Source: Oscillospiraceae bacterium
Lineage (GTDB): Bacteria; Bacillota; Clostridia; Oscillospirales; CAG-272
Assembly (NCBI GenBank): GCA_015064315.1
Contig: SVSL01000003.1
Coordinates: 1,258-65,257 of the forward strand
Direction: 5' to 3'
Length of the DNA: 64,000 bases
Part shown: positions 47,639 to 57,569 of the stretch, piece by piece
Position numbering within the stretch: the first letter of the stretch is position 1
How the letters are laid out: every line of letters begins with the position of its first letter
The notes under the pieces: model-generated
Seen by the model: the letters and a program-made list of their open reading frames with translations, nothing else
Database searches by the model: none
What the model was told of the DNA's origin: nothing
Translations under genes and position numbers: made by a program

Positions 47639-50272
47639 ATGAAATGGACATCTCTTAACGATCTGAGAGAGAAATATCTCTCCTTCTTTGAATCCAAGGA
47701 TCACCTCCGCCTGCCCTCTTATCCGTTGGTTCCCATCAACGATAAGTCCCTGTTGCTCATCAACTCGGGCATGGCTCCCATGAAGAAGTTCTTCACGGGC
47801 GAGGAGGTTCCCCCCCACACCCGCGTTACCACCTGTCAGAAGTGTATCCGTACTCCCGACCTGGAGCGCGTAGGTCACACCGCTCGCCACGGCACCTTCT
47901 TTGAGATGCTGGGTAACTTCTCCTTTGGCGATTACTTCAAGAACGAGGCAATTCCGTGGGCTTGGGAATTTTTGACCGAGACGTTGGAAATTCCGAAGGA
48001 TCTTCTCTGGCCCTCCATCTACGAGGAGGACGAGGAGGCATACGAGATCTGGGCAAACAAGATCGGCGTAGATCCCGCTCACATCGTTCGCCTTGGCAAG
48101 GCTGATAACTTCTGGGAGCACGGCACCGGCCCTTGCGGCCCCTGCTCCGAGATCTATTTTGACCGCGGAATCAAGTACGGCTGTGGCTCTCCCGACTGTA
48201 AGCCCGGCTGCGACTGCGACCGCTTTATGGAAATCTGGAACAACGTATTCTCCCAGTTCAACAACATGGGCGACGGCACCTACGAGGAGCTGGCGCAGAA
48301 GAACATTGATACCGGTATGGGTCTGGAGCGTCTGGCGTGCGTCATGCAGGGCGTTGACAATATGTTCGAGGTTGACTCCATCCGCAAGGTGCTGGACAAC
48401 GTTTGCGCCATTGCGGGCAAGACCTATGGAGACGACAAGGAGAACGATATCTCCATCCGCGTCATCACCGACCACATCCGCTCCGCAACCTTTATGATCT
48501 CCGACGGCGTTATCCCCTCCAACGAGGGTCGCGGCTACGTTCTGCGCCGCATTCTGCGCCGCGCCTGCCGTCACGGAAAGCTCCTTGGCATAAACCGCTC
48601 CTTCCTGCCCGAGCTGGGCGTTATCGCCATTGGCGAGAGCCAGGACGCTTACCCCGAGCTCAAGGAAAAGAAGGACTATATCCTCAAGGTCATCGCCATG
48701 GAGGAGGAGCGCTTTGACGCTACCATTGACGCCGGTCTTTCTATCCTCTCCAACCTGATCCGCCGCGCGCTGGTGGACGGTGCCCACACCATTTCGGGCG
48801 AAGAGGTCTTCAAGCTTTACGATACCTTCGGCTTCCCCATCGACCTCACGCGTGAGATCGCAGGCGAGCAGAATCTGGATATTGACGAGGAAACCTTCAA
48901 AAAGCTCATGACCCAGCAAAAGGAGCGCGCAAGAAGCGCTCGCGCCAATATTTCGGGCTGGAGTGACTCCTCCAAGAGCCTCCTTGCCGAGCTTCCCAAG
49001 ACCGAGTTCGTTGGCTACGGCTGCACCACCTGCGACGACGCAAAGGTGCTTGCCATCCTTGTGGACGATGAGTCGGTTGAGGTTGCAAACGAGGGACTTT
49101 GCACCGTGATCCTTGACAAAACCCCCTTCTACGGTGAAGGCGGCGGTCAGGTTGGTGACACGGGTACTATCTACGACAACGACACCATGATCAGCGTAAC
49201 CGACACCAAGAAGTCGGACGGCGTTTACATTCACCTCTGCTCCATCGTCAACGGCGACATCAAGGTTGGCGACGTGGTTCGCGCCGAGGTCGATCAGATG
49301 CGCCGCATAGCAATCATGAGAAACCACTCTGCTTGCCATCTGTTGCAGGCGGCTCTGCGCAAGGTGCTTGGCTCTCACGTTGAGCAGGCAGGCTCCTACG
49401 TAGACAATCAGCACGTTCGCTTTGACTTTACCCACTTTGCCGCCCTCACCTCTGAGGAGCTTGCAAAGGTAGAGGATCTGGTCAATGCCAATATTCTGGT
49501 GGGACTTCCTATCGAAACCGTGGAAACCGACATTGAAACCGCAAAGAAGAACGGCGCAATGGCGCTCTTCGGTGAAAAGTACGGCTCTGTGGTTCGCATG
49601 GTCAAGATGGGTGCCTTCTCCACCGAGCTTTGCGGCGGTACACACCTTGACAACACCGCAAAGATGGGTCTGTTCAAGATCACCTCCGAGTCCTCGGTAT
49701 CCGCGGGCGTACGCCGTATTGAGGGTATCACGGGTCTTGGCGTAATGAAGCTCATCAAGGCAAACGAAGCCCTCATCAACGAGACTGCGAAGGAGCTCAA
49801 GATCCAAAAGACCGCAGAGATCGCCAAGAAAGCAAATGCGATGCAGGCAGAGCTCTCGGCAATGAAGAAGGAGATCGAAGCCCTCAACGCAAAGATTGCC
49901 GCCTCCAAGCTGGATGCCATTATGGAGAACGCTGTGGCAGTAAAGTCGCTTCGTTTGGTTGCCGCAAACCTTGGCAATATGCAGATCGACGTGGCAAGAA
50001 GCCTTGCCGATGAGATCAAGGCGCGATTTGACGACGTGGTTGCCGTTCTCGCCATCTGCGGCGACGGCAAGCTGAACTTTATCTCGGTTGCAGGCAAGAA
50101 CGCAGTAGCCGCAGGCGCACACGCAGGCAAGCTGGTGGGCGCGGTTGCAGCCGTGACCGGCGGTAAGGGCGGTGGACGTCCCGACAACGCAATGGCAGGC
50201 GGACGCGATGCCGACAAGACTGCCGACGCCCTCGCAAGCGCCGCAGAGACTCTTGGCGGTATGCTGAAATAA
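47639..50272 (+). CDS. alaS: Alanine--tRNA ligase
   Basis: HGTFFEMLGNFSFGDYFK, IDTGMGLERL, NHSACHLL, ELCGGTH and GKGGGRPD motifs. Confidence 0.98.
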   Translation: MKWTSLNDLREKYLSFFESKDHLRLPSYPLVPINDKSLLLINSGMAPMKKFFTGEEVPPHTRVTTCQKCIRTPDLERVGHTARHGTFFEMLGNFSFGDYFKNEAIPWAWEFLTETLEIPKDLLWPSIYEEDEEAYEIWANKIGVDPAHIVRLGKADNFWEHGTGPCGPCSEIYFDRGIKYGCGSPDCKPGCDCDRFMEIWNNVFSQFNNMGDGTYEELAQKNIDTGMGLERLACVMQGVDNMFEVDSIRKVLDNVCAIAGKTYGDDKENDISIRVITDHIRSATFMISDGVIPSNEGRGYVLRRILRRACRHGKLLGINRSFLPELGVIAIGESQDAYPELKEKKDYILKVIAMEEERFDATIDAGLSILSNLIRRALVDGAHTISGEEVFKLYDTFGFPIDLTREIAGEQNLDIDEETFKKLMTQQKERARSARANISGWSDSSKSLLAELPKTEFVGYGCTTCDDAKVLAILVDDESVEVANEGLCTVILDKTPFYGEGGGQVGDTGTIYDNDTMISVTDTKKSDGVYIHLCSIVNGDIKVGDVVRAEVDQMRRIAIMRNHSACHLLQAALRKVLGSHVEQAGSYVDNQHVRFDFTHFAALTSEELAKVEDLVNANILVGLPIETVETDIETAKKNGAMALFGEKYGSVVRMVKMGAFSTELCGGTHLDNTAKMGLFKITSESSVSAGVRRIEGITGLGVMKLIKANEALINETAKELKIQKTAEIAKKANAMQAELSAMKKEIEALNAKIAASKLDAIMENAVAVKSLRLVAANLGNMQIDVARSLADEIKARFDDVVAVLAICGDGKLNFISVAGKNAVAAGAHAGKLVGAVAAVTGGKGGGRPDNAMAGGRDADKTADALASAAETLGGMLK

Positions 50273-50353
50273 TCAAATCGCAATTCAATATAGAAAAACA
50301 GCGTAGCTGTGAATGTATTTTCACGGTTACGCTGTTTTTCTATTACTTTCCTC

Positions 50354-51799
50354 TTAATCCGCTCGCAAAAATGCCGGCGGATTTTTGTTTTCTCCCTTTG
50401 TAAAATCGGCACAAAGCATCTGCCGCAGGGCGGTCTCGTCAAGAGCGGGAAAAAATTCCTTGGCGTATCCCAAAAGATACCGAAAAGCATCGGGCTGGGA
50501 TATCTTTTGCAATGGGCGTTCATCCTCGCGCTCAAGATAAAGGCTAAGCCCCTCCCAAAAGGCAAAGGGCGACTCCATCATGGGGGTAAGATACCACAGG
50601 GTGTGCGCAAATCGCTCGCTTTCCAAGTAACGCTCCATGACCTCGGCAATGCGGAAGAGCCTTTGCATCTCGACGTAGCTGATCCACTTGCTTTGCAGAA
50701 CCGTATAAGGCGGCCTTGTGAAAGCAACGTAGCCGTATTCCCTCTCGCGCTCGCGCAAAGCCGTTCCGTAAAGAAGCTTCAAAAAGCCGAGCTGAAGAAG
50801 ATGTGAGCATCCGTAAGCATCGTCAAAGGATTTGGCAAAACTCCGATAATCCTCATAAGGAAGCCCTGCGATGAGATCGAGATGCACGTGGATATTTCCC
50901 ATGCTCCAAACCCGTCTGACCGCATCAATGACGGCATCCGCCCGAATGTGGCGCGCGGTGGCGGCAAGCGTTCTTTCATTGGTGCTTTGCAACCCGAATT
51001 CCAAACGAAGCTTCCCCTTGGGAAATTGGGAGAGAATCGCAAAGCTTTCCTCGTTCAACAGCGAGGCGCATACCTCAAAGTGAAACTGCCCCGTAAAGCG
51101 GTCGGAAAGAAGCGCCTTCCAAATGGCGTTGGCGCGTCCCACGTCGGCATTGAAGGTGCGGTCAACAAACTTGATGATCTTACGCGCAACCTGTAACCGC
51201 TCAAACGCCTCCAGATCGGCAATCACCTGCTCCACGGACTTCATGCGAACGCCGTGGGTGGCGGAGGAAAGACAGTAGGCGCAGGAAAAGGGACAGCCGC
51301 GAGAGGATTCATAGTAAAGAATGCTCCCAACCTGTTCCCCGTCACGGTAAAGGATTCCCTCGTCTCTCATCACCGCGGGCGGGCGACAGAAAATCACGCG
51401 CGAAAAAGGCGTTCCGTCACGAATCGCCTCACACAGAGCGGGAAGCTCCTCTTCCCCCTCTCCGCAAAGAATGGCATCCATCCAATCCATCCCGTCAAAG
51501 CGCTCGGTGGCATAGGAGACCTCGGGACCACCCAAAATCATTTTGGAGGAAGGCAAAAGCGCCTTGAGATTTTCTCCCAGCGTCAGCATCTGCTCCAGAT
51601 TCCAAATGTAACAGGAAAAGCCGTAAACGTCGGCACGCTGAGCGTACAAAGCCTCCAGAACGTGGGACGTTCTATCCTTTAGGGTATATTCCAAAAGACA
51701 GACCTCATGCCCCGCCCGTTCCAACGGCGCTCGCAGACAACGAAGCGCCAGAGAGGAATGAGACCAGGAGCCGTTGAGGGTAAAGAGTACAACCTTCAT
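50354..51799 (-). CDS. B12-binding radical SAM protein (DUF4080-type)
   Basis: FSCYIWN and GGPEVS B12-binding motifs; RGCPFSCAYC (CxxxCxxC); HLDLIAGLP. Confidence 0.9.
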   Translation of the reverse strand: MKVVLFTLNGSWSHSSLALRCLRAPLERAGHEVCLLEYTLKDRTSHVLEALYAQRADVYGFSCYIWNLEQMLTLGENLKALLPSSKMILGGPEVSYATERFDGMDWMDAILCGEGEEELPALCEAIRDGTPFSRVIFCRPPAVMRDEGILYRDGEQVGSILYYESSRGCPFSCAYCLSSATHGVRMKSVEQVIADLEAFERLQVARKIIKFVDRTFNADVGRANAIWKALLSDRFTGQFHFEVCASLLNEESFAILSQFPKGKLRLEFGLQSTNERTLAATARHIRADAVIDAVRRVWSMGNIHVHLDLIAGLPYEDYRSFAKSFDDAYGCSHLLQLGFLKLLYGTALREREREYGYVAFTRPPYTVLQSKWISYVEMQRLFRIAEVMERYLESERFAHTLWYLTPMMESPFAFWEGLSLYLEREDERPLQKISQPDAFRYLLGYAKEFFPALDETALRQMLCADFTKGENKNPPAFLRAD

Positions 51800-51846
51800 G
51801 CTTTACTCACTTTCTTTTATCATTCTTCCTTTATTGTATCACAAAG

Positions 51847-52929
51847 TCATTCGTTTTGCAAGCCAAAGAGCGCAGAACAAAAGCTTTTTGTAAATTTTTC
51901 CTTGGCATCAAAATCCATGGCTCCCATATAGATCTCCTCCAATGCGAAATGGCTCTGCCGCGCCTCCGCCAAGGCTTCCACCGCGCCTTCAAGAAGCGCC
52001 TCGCTCATGCGGTTGGCATAATTGTAGGCAGAGCGAACCGCTCCAAAGCCCGCGGTATCCACAAATCGGCGTGTAGAGATCCTGCGGTGCGGATATGCAA
52101 TGGGCTCTCCGCTGTCACAAGCAAACAAAAGCCCTTCCTTGCAAAAGAAAACCGCATCCACGCGTTCGGGGAAAATGGGATCACGGGAGATGCGAACAGG
52201 GGTCTGCTTTTCCGACGCGATCCGCAACACCTCCGCCATCAGATATTGCGCGGCACCCCGACAGTCCTCCACCAAAAAAATCTCTTTTGCCATGGCAAAA
52301 TAGGTGTCTAAGGAAACCCTGCCCCGCATTCCCACCGAGTGCATCAGCGCAGGACGGGAGGAAAAGCCGTTTCCTCTTTCAACGTCCTTGGTCAGCTTCC
52401 CTACGTAACGGCAAAGTGCGCTCCTGCGCAGATAGGGAGCAACGGTTGCCGTCTTGATCTCCTCCATATCCCCCATGGCGGCAAGATAGCGGTATGCCTT
52501 GCGGTACGCCGCTCCCTTGGCGCGACTCAACGCCTCAATCTCCTCGGCTCTCTTTGTGAGAAGCTCAATGCTCCAAAAATCACCGAGATTGATCATATCC
52601 TCCCGCACCCCGGGTCGCGAGGGCTCGTAAACGTGGGGAGCGGTGGCATCCATCAGCCCGATCCTCTGGCCCCCTCTTGAAAGAATGATCCCATCCAGCG
52701 AATCGGGATCCGAGGAGCAGTAGATGTATTCGCATTTCCATCCACAGCTCTCGGCGCATTGGGCAACCTCTCTCATAAAACGGCTTTTTCCCGTGCCCGG
52801 GCCACCCTTGATGGCGTACAGATGCCCGATGTCGGGCGCGTCAAAGCATTCCCCGTAATAGCTGTAAAAGCCGAGACTGCTGTTGGAAGCCGCAAAATAA
52901 GCATCCTCGTTGGTGCTTCTCATGGTCAT
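51847..52929 (-). CDS. P-loop ATPase, PRK06851-like
   Basis: YFAASNS..GF, IKGGPGTGKS, CSSDPDSLDG and DATAPH motifs. Confidence 0.8.
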   Translation of the reverse strand: MTMRSTNEDAYFAASNSSLGFYSYYGECFDAPDIGHLYAIKGGPGTGKSRFMREVAQCAESCGWKCEYIYCSSDPDSLDGIILSRGGQRIGLMDATAPHVYEPSRPGVREDMINLGDFWSIELLTKRAEEIEALSRAKGAAYRKAYRYLAAMGDMEEIKTATVAPYLRRSALCRYVGKLTKDVERGNGFSSRPALMHSVGMRGRVSLDTYFAMAKEIFLVEDCRGAAQYLMAEVLRIASEKQTPVRISRDPIFPERVDAVFFCKEGLLFACDSGEPIAYPHRRISTRRFVDTAGFGAVRSAYNYANRMSEALLEGAVEALAEARQSHFALEEIYMGAMDFDAKEKFTKSFCSALFGLQNE

Positions 52930-52983
52930 AGATCTCTTCCTCCACTCTTTTTTGCTAATATCTTATGCAAGGAAAAAAAGATG

Positions 52984-53012
52984 TTCTACTTTTTTTCAAA
53001 AGCTCATATAGT
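52984..53012 (+). promoter_or_regulatory. Putative sigma-E promoter of the spoIIIA operon
   Basis: ttctact-N14-CATATAGT upstream of spoIIIAA; the operon is sigma-E-dependent in B. subtilis and C. difficile. Confidence 0.55.
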
Positions 53013-53038
53013 GAAGTAAAAAAGGAAGCAGACAACCT

Positions 53039-53956
53039 ATGCAATCGATTCGTATTCAAAAACGCACGCCGCCTCTGCCATCTCCCCTTGCGGAATGTCT
53101 TCCTCCCTATCTCCCCGACGCCGTGGAGCGGATGGGACTTCCTTGGGTGGAGGAGCTTCGCATACACGGCGGTCGCCAAGCCTTTGTGACCTGCAAGGGA
53201 AAAAGCTATGCCACGGGAGTCATTCTATCCGCCGAGCAGATGAACGACATCCTGCGCAAAATGTGTCGCGGCTCGCTCTACGCCTTCAGCCAAAGCATCA
53301 ATCAAGGCTTTCTGACACTTCCCGAAGGAATCCGCGTGGGGGTATCGGGAAAAGCCGCCGTGGAAAACGGACAGGTAATTGGTGTGAGCGAGATCAACGG
53401 ACTGGTGGCACGGATTCCACACAAAATCAATGCCTCGGCGTCTTTTTTATTGGAAGAATTGAAAAAGCATCACTTTTTGCGCGGCATTTTGCTGTTTGCG
53501 CCCCCCGGGGTAGGAAAAACCACTGCCTTGCGCACGCTGGCAGCCGAGGCATCCGCACCGCCTCACGTTCTTCGCACCGTGGTGGTGGACACACGGGAGG
53601 AATTTTATCATACCCTATCGGGCGACGCTTGTAATTTGGAGATTTTGGTGGGCTATCCCAAGGAGATCGGCATTGAGATCGCCACGAGAAGTCTGGGAGC
53701 TCAGCTCATCCTTTGCGACGAGATCGGAAATTCACACGATGCCGAGGCGATCCTCTCCGCGGCAAACTGCGGTGTTCCCGTGGTGGCAACCGCACACGCC
53801 GCAAGTCTGTGTGAGCTTTTAAATCGCCCCATGCTTCACCGACTTCACCGCGCACGCGTCTTTGAAGCCTACGTGGAGCTCACCCGAGGAGACGTTGGCG
53901 CGTTTTCCTATCGCACCACCTCATGGGAGACGGCACAAGCACTTTTGGGGGCATAG
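53039..53956 (+). CDS. spoIIIAA: Stage III sporulation protein AA (ATPase)
   Basis: [38 protein letters not shown] and TAH motifs. Confidence 0.92.
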   Translation: MQSIRIQKRTPPLPSPLAECLPPYLPDAVERMGLPWVEELRIHGGRQAFVTCKGKSYATGVILSAEQMNDILRKMCRGSLYAFSQSINQGFLTLPEGIRVGVSGKAAVENGQVIGVSEINGLVARIPHKINASASFLLEELKKHHFLRGILLFAPPGVGKTTALRTLAAEASAPPHVLRTVVVDTREEFYHTLSGDACNLEILVGYPKEIGIEIATRSLGAQLILCDEIGNSHDAEAILSAANCGVPVVATAHAASLCELLNRPMLHRLHRARVFEAYVELTRGDVGAFSYRTTSWETAQALLGA

Positions 53957-53986
53957 CCCTATATATCCAAACAAGGAGGACTCCTC

Positions 53987-54460
53987 ATGATTTCACTCAA
54001 GCTGATCGGCGGTGCGATGATCCTTGGCGTTGGCGTTGCGGCGGCAATTCTGGGAGCCCGTAGGGAAAAACGCAAGCTGGCAATTCTGGACGGCTGGATC
54101 GACCTGATCTCCTACATCCGCAATCAGATCGATCTCTATCTGACCCCCTTGGACGAGATCCTCCAAAAAGCAGATGCCATAGGACTTTCGCATCCGCAAA
54201 AGGAAAATCCCCCCTGTCTTTCCGCTCTCTTTCACGCTACAGCGTGGGGTCTGGGAGAGGAGGAAAAGCGCTTGATTGGGGAATTTGTAAACGAGATCGG
54301 AGACGGCTACCGCGAGGATCAGATCCGAAAATGCGGCTATTATCTGGAGAGCTTGCGCGCTCTGCGCACATCCCGTGCCGCCGAGCTTTCCCCTCGCATC
54401 CGCGTCATGCTGGCGCTTTCGATCTGCTCATCCATGGGGGTAGCGATTCTACTGTGGTAA
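53987..54460 (+). CDS. spoIIIAB: Stage III sporulation protein AB
   Basis: LKLIGGAMIL N-terminal TM, TPL.EI, C-terminal TM; operon position. Confidence 0.85.
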   Translation: MISLKLIGGAMILGVGVAAAILGARREKRKLAILDGWIDLISYIRNQIDLYLTPLDEILQKADAIGLSHPQKENPPCLSALFHATAWGLGEEEKRLIGEFVNEIGDGYREDQIRKCGYYLESLRALRTSRAAELSPRIRVMLALSICSSMGVAILLW

Positions 54461-54512
54461 AAAGGTTCGATTGAAAAAATACAGTACACTGTTAATACTG
54501 AATTTTTATTTT

Positions 54513-54663
54513 CCCCTCTCCCCCGCCCTTGACGGGAGCTCCCCCCGGGGGGAGCCTTTCATAAAAAATTGACCGTCTTTGGTTTTTGGCTTTTGTATGA
54601 TTCTTGTATTGGTAAGCCTCTCCCCATGGGAGAGGTGGATCGCCTTGGCGAGACGGAGAGGGC
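54513..54663. repeat. REP-like palindrome pair between spoIIIAB and spoIIIAC
   Basis: gctcccccc/ggggggagc and cctctccc-ca-tgggagagg hairpins; outer ccctctcc/ggagaggg. Confidence 0.7.
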
Positions 54664-54716
54664 AAAGCTTAAAATATAAAAATTTGGTGTTACATTGTGG
54701 TAGGAGGCTTTTGAAA

Positions 54717-54911
54717 ATGGATATTTCCCTGATCATAAAGATCGCGGGGCTTGGCATTCTGGTTGCCGTAGCCTCGCAGATCCTTGGAAAAACAGGACGG
54801 GACGAGCAAGCCACCTTTGTGACCGTTGCGGGGATCATCACGGCACTCTTTCTGCTCATCAGCAAGATCCGTGAGCTCTTTGACCTGATCACCTCTGCCT
54901 TTGGAATATGA
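54717..54911 (+). CDS. spoIIIAC: Stage III sporulation protein AC
   Basis: MDISLIIKIAGLGILVAV..QIL...GR.EQA; 64 aa; AGGAGG RBS. Confidence 0.93.
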   Translation: MDISLIIKIAGLGILVAVASQILGKTGRDEQATFVTVAGIITALFLLISKIRELFDLITSAFGI

Positions 54912-55309
54912 CCGTGACGATTCTCGCTCCCTGTATGCTTGCTCTTGTGGGAGTCTGCGCGGCATTGGTGGTCAAGCAGTGGAAATCCGATCTTGTCCCC
55001 TTGGTGCGGATCGCTTCCCTTGTGACGTTGGGCGCGTTGATCCTTTCCTCCCTGTCGCTTCCCATCGCCTATTTGAAAACGCTACTCTCCCAAAGCGGAA
55101 TCCCATCCGCCCACGGAGAGCTCCTGCTCAAGGCGCTGGGCATCGCCCTTTTGACCCAAGGCTGTGCCGATATCTGTCGGGAGAGCGGCGAGGGAGGTGC
55201 CGCAAGCACGGTAGAGCTGACGGGCAAGATAGAGCTCCTTTTGCTTTGCCTGCCCCTTTTGGAGGAGATCCTCTCCTCGGCACGGGAGCTTTTGAGCATG
55301 GGAGGATAG
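54908..55309 (+). CDS. spoIIIAD: Stage III sporulation protein AD
   Basis: LLKALGIA....ADICRESGE...AS.VEL.GK motif. Confidence 0.92.
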   Translation: MTVTILAPCMLALVGVCAALVVKQWKSDLVPLVRIASLVTLGALILSSLSLPIAYLKTLLSQSGIPSAHGELLLKALGIALLTQGCADICRESGEGGAASTVELTGKIELLLLCLPLLEEILSSARELLSMGG

Positions 55310-55313
55310 GAAG

Positions 55314-56462
55314 ATGAAAAGACGCCTCCTTCTGATCTCCATGCTTTTTCTTCTGCTTCCCTGCCTGTCGATCTCCGCCTGCGCGGAGGAGGAAAGCCCC
55401 GCCACCGAAGCCGTACCGCCCGAATACACCGATTTTTTGGAAAGCATTCCCGAGGAGCTGTGGGAGCTTCTCCCCGATTCTCTCTTCTCCAACGATTGCA
55501 AGACGCTGGAGGACGCCACCCGAAGCATGAGCCACTTTTCCTATCTGCTAAAGATCGTGCTGACGCTCTTAGGGGAAAGCCTTCCCACCTGCCTCTCACT
55601 TCTTGCCTCTGTTTGCGGACTTCTTTTGCTCTCAGCGGTTCTGCGCGCCTTTCGGGAAGGCATACGCTCCGACGGCATTGGACGCGCCTTCTCGTTTTGC
55701 GCCTCGTTGACGGTGCTCTGCATTCTGATCACGCGAGGCATTGACTGCATTGAGCGCGTGACCGCCTATTTTTCCACGCTGAATACGGTAACGGCGGCGC
55801 TGCTCCCCTTGATGAGCGTGCTTTACGTTGCGGGAGGCAACCTCACCGCGGCAGCAGCGACCTCGGCGGGGCTCTCGGTTTATCTGACGCTTTTGGAGGA
55901 GCTGGTGGGAAAGAGCATTCTTCCCTTTTGCGCCATCTGCCTGACACTCTCTCTTGTGGGCGCGTTGGATCAAAGCCTGAAAACAGGAACCCTTCTCTCT
56001 ACCGTCAAAAAGAATTACACCACCCTCCTCACCTTTTTGATGATGCTTCTGCTCGCCATGCTCTCGGCGCAGACCGTGCTGGGCGCGCGGAGCGACAGCT
56101 TGATGATGCGGAGCGCAAAATTCGCCGCAGGCAATCTGATCCCCGTGGTGGGAGGCTCGATCTCCGAGCTTTTGCGCACAGTCAGCGCAAGCGTTGGATA
56201 TCTGCGCGGTGTTCTGGGCATCAGTGCCATTCTGCTTTTGCTCCTGCTTCTGCTCCCCACGGTGGTGGAGCTTCTTCTGCTTCGCCTGACCTGGCAGATC
56301 ACGGCTTCGGTTGCAGAGCTTCTCGGTTGCGACAGCGAGAAAAAGCTTTTGGAGGAATTCGCGTCGCTCTGCGGCTATCTTTTGGCGGCGGTGTGCATCT
56401 GTTCCTCGGTGCTTCTGCTATCACTCTGTCTTTTGGTGCGTTGCGCCTCAGCGATCGGATAG
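55314..56462 (+). CDS. spoIIIAE: Stage III sporulation protein AE
   Basis: Polytopic membrane protein with AKFAAGNLIPVVG motif; operon position. Confidence 0.9.
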   Translation: MKRRLLLISMLFLLLPCLSISACAEEESPATEAVPPEYTDFLESIPEELWELLPDSLFSNDCKTLEDATRSMSHFSYLLKIVLTLLGESLPTCLSLLASVCGLLLLSAVLRAFREGIRSDGIGRAFSFCASLTVLCILITRGIDCIERVTAYFSTLNTVTAALLPLMSVLYVAGGNLTAAAATSAGLSVYLTLLEELVGKSILPFCAICLTLSLVGALDQSLKTGTLLSTVKKNYTTLLTFLMMLLLAMLSAQTVLGARSDSLMMRSAKFAAGNLIPVVGGSISELLRTVSASVGYLRGVLGISAILLLLLLLLPTVVELLLLRLTWQITASVAELLGCDSEKKLLEEFASLCGYLLAAVCICSSVLLLSLCLLVRCASAIG

Positions 56463-56471
56463 GAGGTGTCC

Positions 56472-56951
56472 ATGAAAGGCTATCTGTACGCGCTCCTGCT
56501 GGTTTCGCTTGCCACGGCGGTTGCGGGGCTCCTCTCGCCCGAGGGAGAAAAAGGGGGAATCCTAAAGCACGTTCGTTTGCTCTCGGCATTGCTTCTTGTC
56601 TGCGTGCTGATCCTCCCCATTAGATCGGGCATCGCCTATCTCTTCGCCCTGCAAAACGAGGACGTCACGCTTCCCGATTGGGCAGAGCCCCCCGCGGACG
56701 GAGAGAGTGCCCTGCAGGATCGCTTGGACTTTGTCTCCAAGGAATACTTCACCAAAAATCTCACCCAAACGCTGGAGCAAGAGTTCGCCATCACATCGGG
56801 AGAGGTTCGGTGCATCATCCGTTGGGAGGACGACGCGCCAAGCCTTGTGACCGTGGTGCTGTCTGGGAAAGCCGTTTGGAAGGACCCCTATGCCATTGAA
56901 GCGTTTGTTGAATCGCTTCTTGCGTGTGAATGTCAGAGCGCCATTGAATAG
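56472..56951 (+). CDS. spoIIIAF: Stage III sporulation protein AF
   Basis: Two N-terminal TMs (LLSPEG...KHVRL...ILPI); operon position. Confidence 0.8.
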   Translation: MKGYLYALLLVSLATAVAGLLSPEGEKGGILKHVRLLSALLLVCVLILPIRSGIAYLFALQNEDVTLPDWAEPPADGESALQDRLDFVSKEYFTKNLTQTLEQEFAITSGEVRCIIRWEDDAPSLVTVVLSGKAVWKDPYAIEAFVESLLACECQSAIE

Positions 56952-56974
56952 GGCCGGAAAGAAAGGATATTGCT

Positions 56975-57481
56975 ATGTTCTCTTTTTGGAAAAATCAAGA
57001 TGGGGAGTCCCCCCAAAAAATCTACGCCTGGATCCTGCTTTTGGGCGTAATCGCAGGTGTCGCGTTGCTCTTTTTGGGCAATCGGGATGACATGACCGGC
57101 ACCGATCCGCAAGCCACCGACTACGAGCTCTCGCGGGATGAGATCATCATTTATCAGAATTATCTGGAGGAAAAGGTAAAAAGGCTATGCGCCACGGTGG
57201 ACGGCGTTGGAAGCGTCAACGTGATCGTAACCCTTGAGAGGGGCTTTACCTCGGAATACGCCGTAGAATACAGGGATGGAAACGAGGAATACGTGATTAT
57301 TGGAAGCGGCACGTCGCAAAACGGACTTCTGCTGGGGCGAAATGCCCCCAAAATCGCAGGGGTCGGCGTGGTCTGCCACGGAGGCATGAATCCGAGCGTT
57401 CAAAGAGAATTGACCGCGCTCCTCTCAGCGGCACTGAATCTTCCCAGCAACCGTATCTACGTCACCGCCGCAAGGCCCTAA
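56975..57481 (+). CDS. spoIIIAG: Stage III sporulation protein AG
   Basis: LEEK...GVG.V.V.VTL, PKIAGVGVVCHGG and LPSNRIYV motifs. Confidence 0.88.
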   Translation: MFSFWKNQDGESPQKIYAWILLLGVIAGVALLFLGNRDDMTGTDPQATDYELSRDEIIIYQNYLEEKVKRLCATVDGVGSVNVIVTLERGFTSEYAVEYRDGNEEYVIIGSGTSQNGLLLGRNAPKIAGVGVVCHGGMNPSVQRELTALLSAALNLPSNRIYVTAARP

Positions 57482-57509
57482 AAAAAAGAGAACCTTTTGG
57501 GTTCTCCCT

Positions 57510-57538
57510 GCATATTCTGAAGTCTGCCTTCATACATT
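57510..57538 (+). promoter_or_regulatory. Near-consensus sigma-E promoter upstream of spoIIIAH
   Basis: gCATATT-N14-CATACATT. Confidence 0.7.
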
Positions 57539-57569
57539 GTAGCGTAATCATAAACAGGAGGAACTACTT

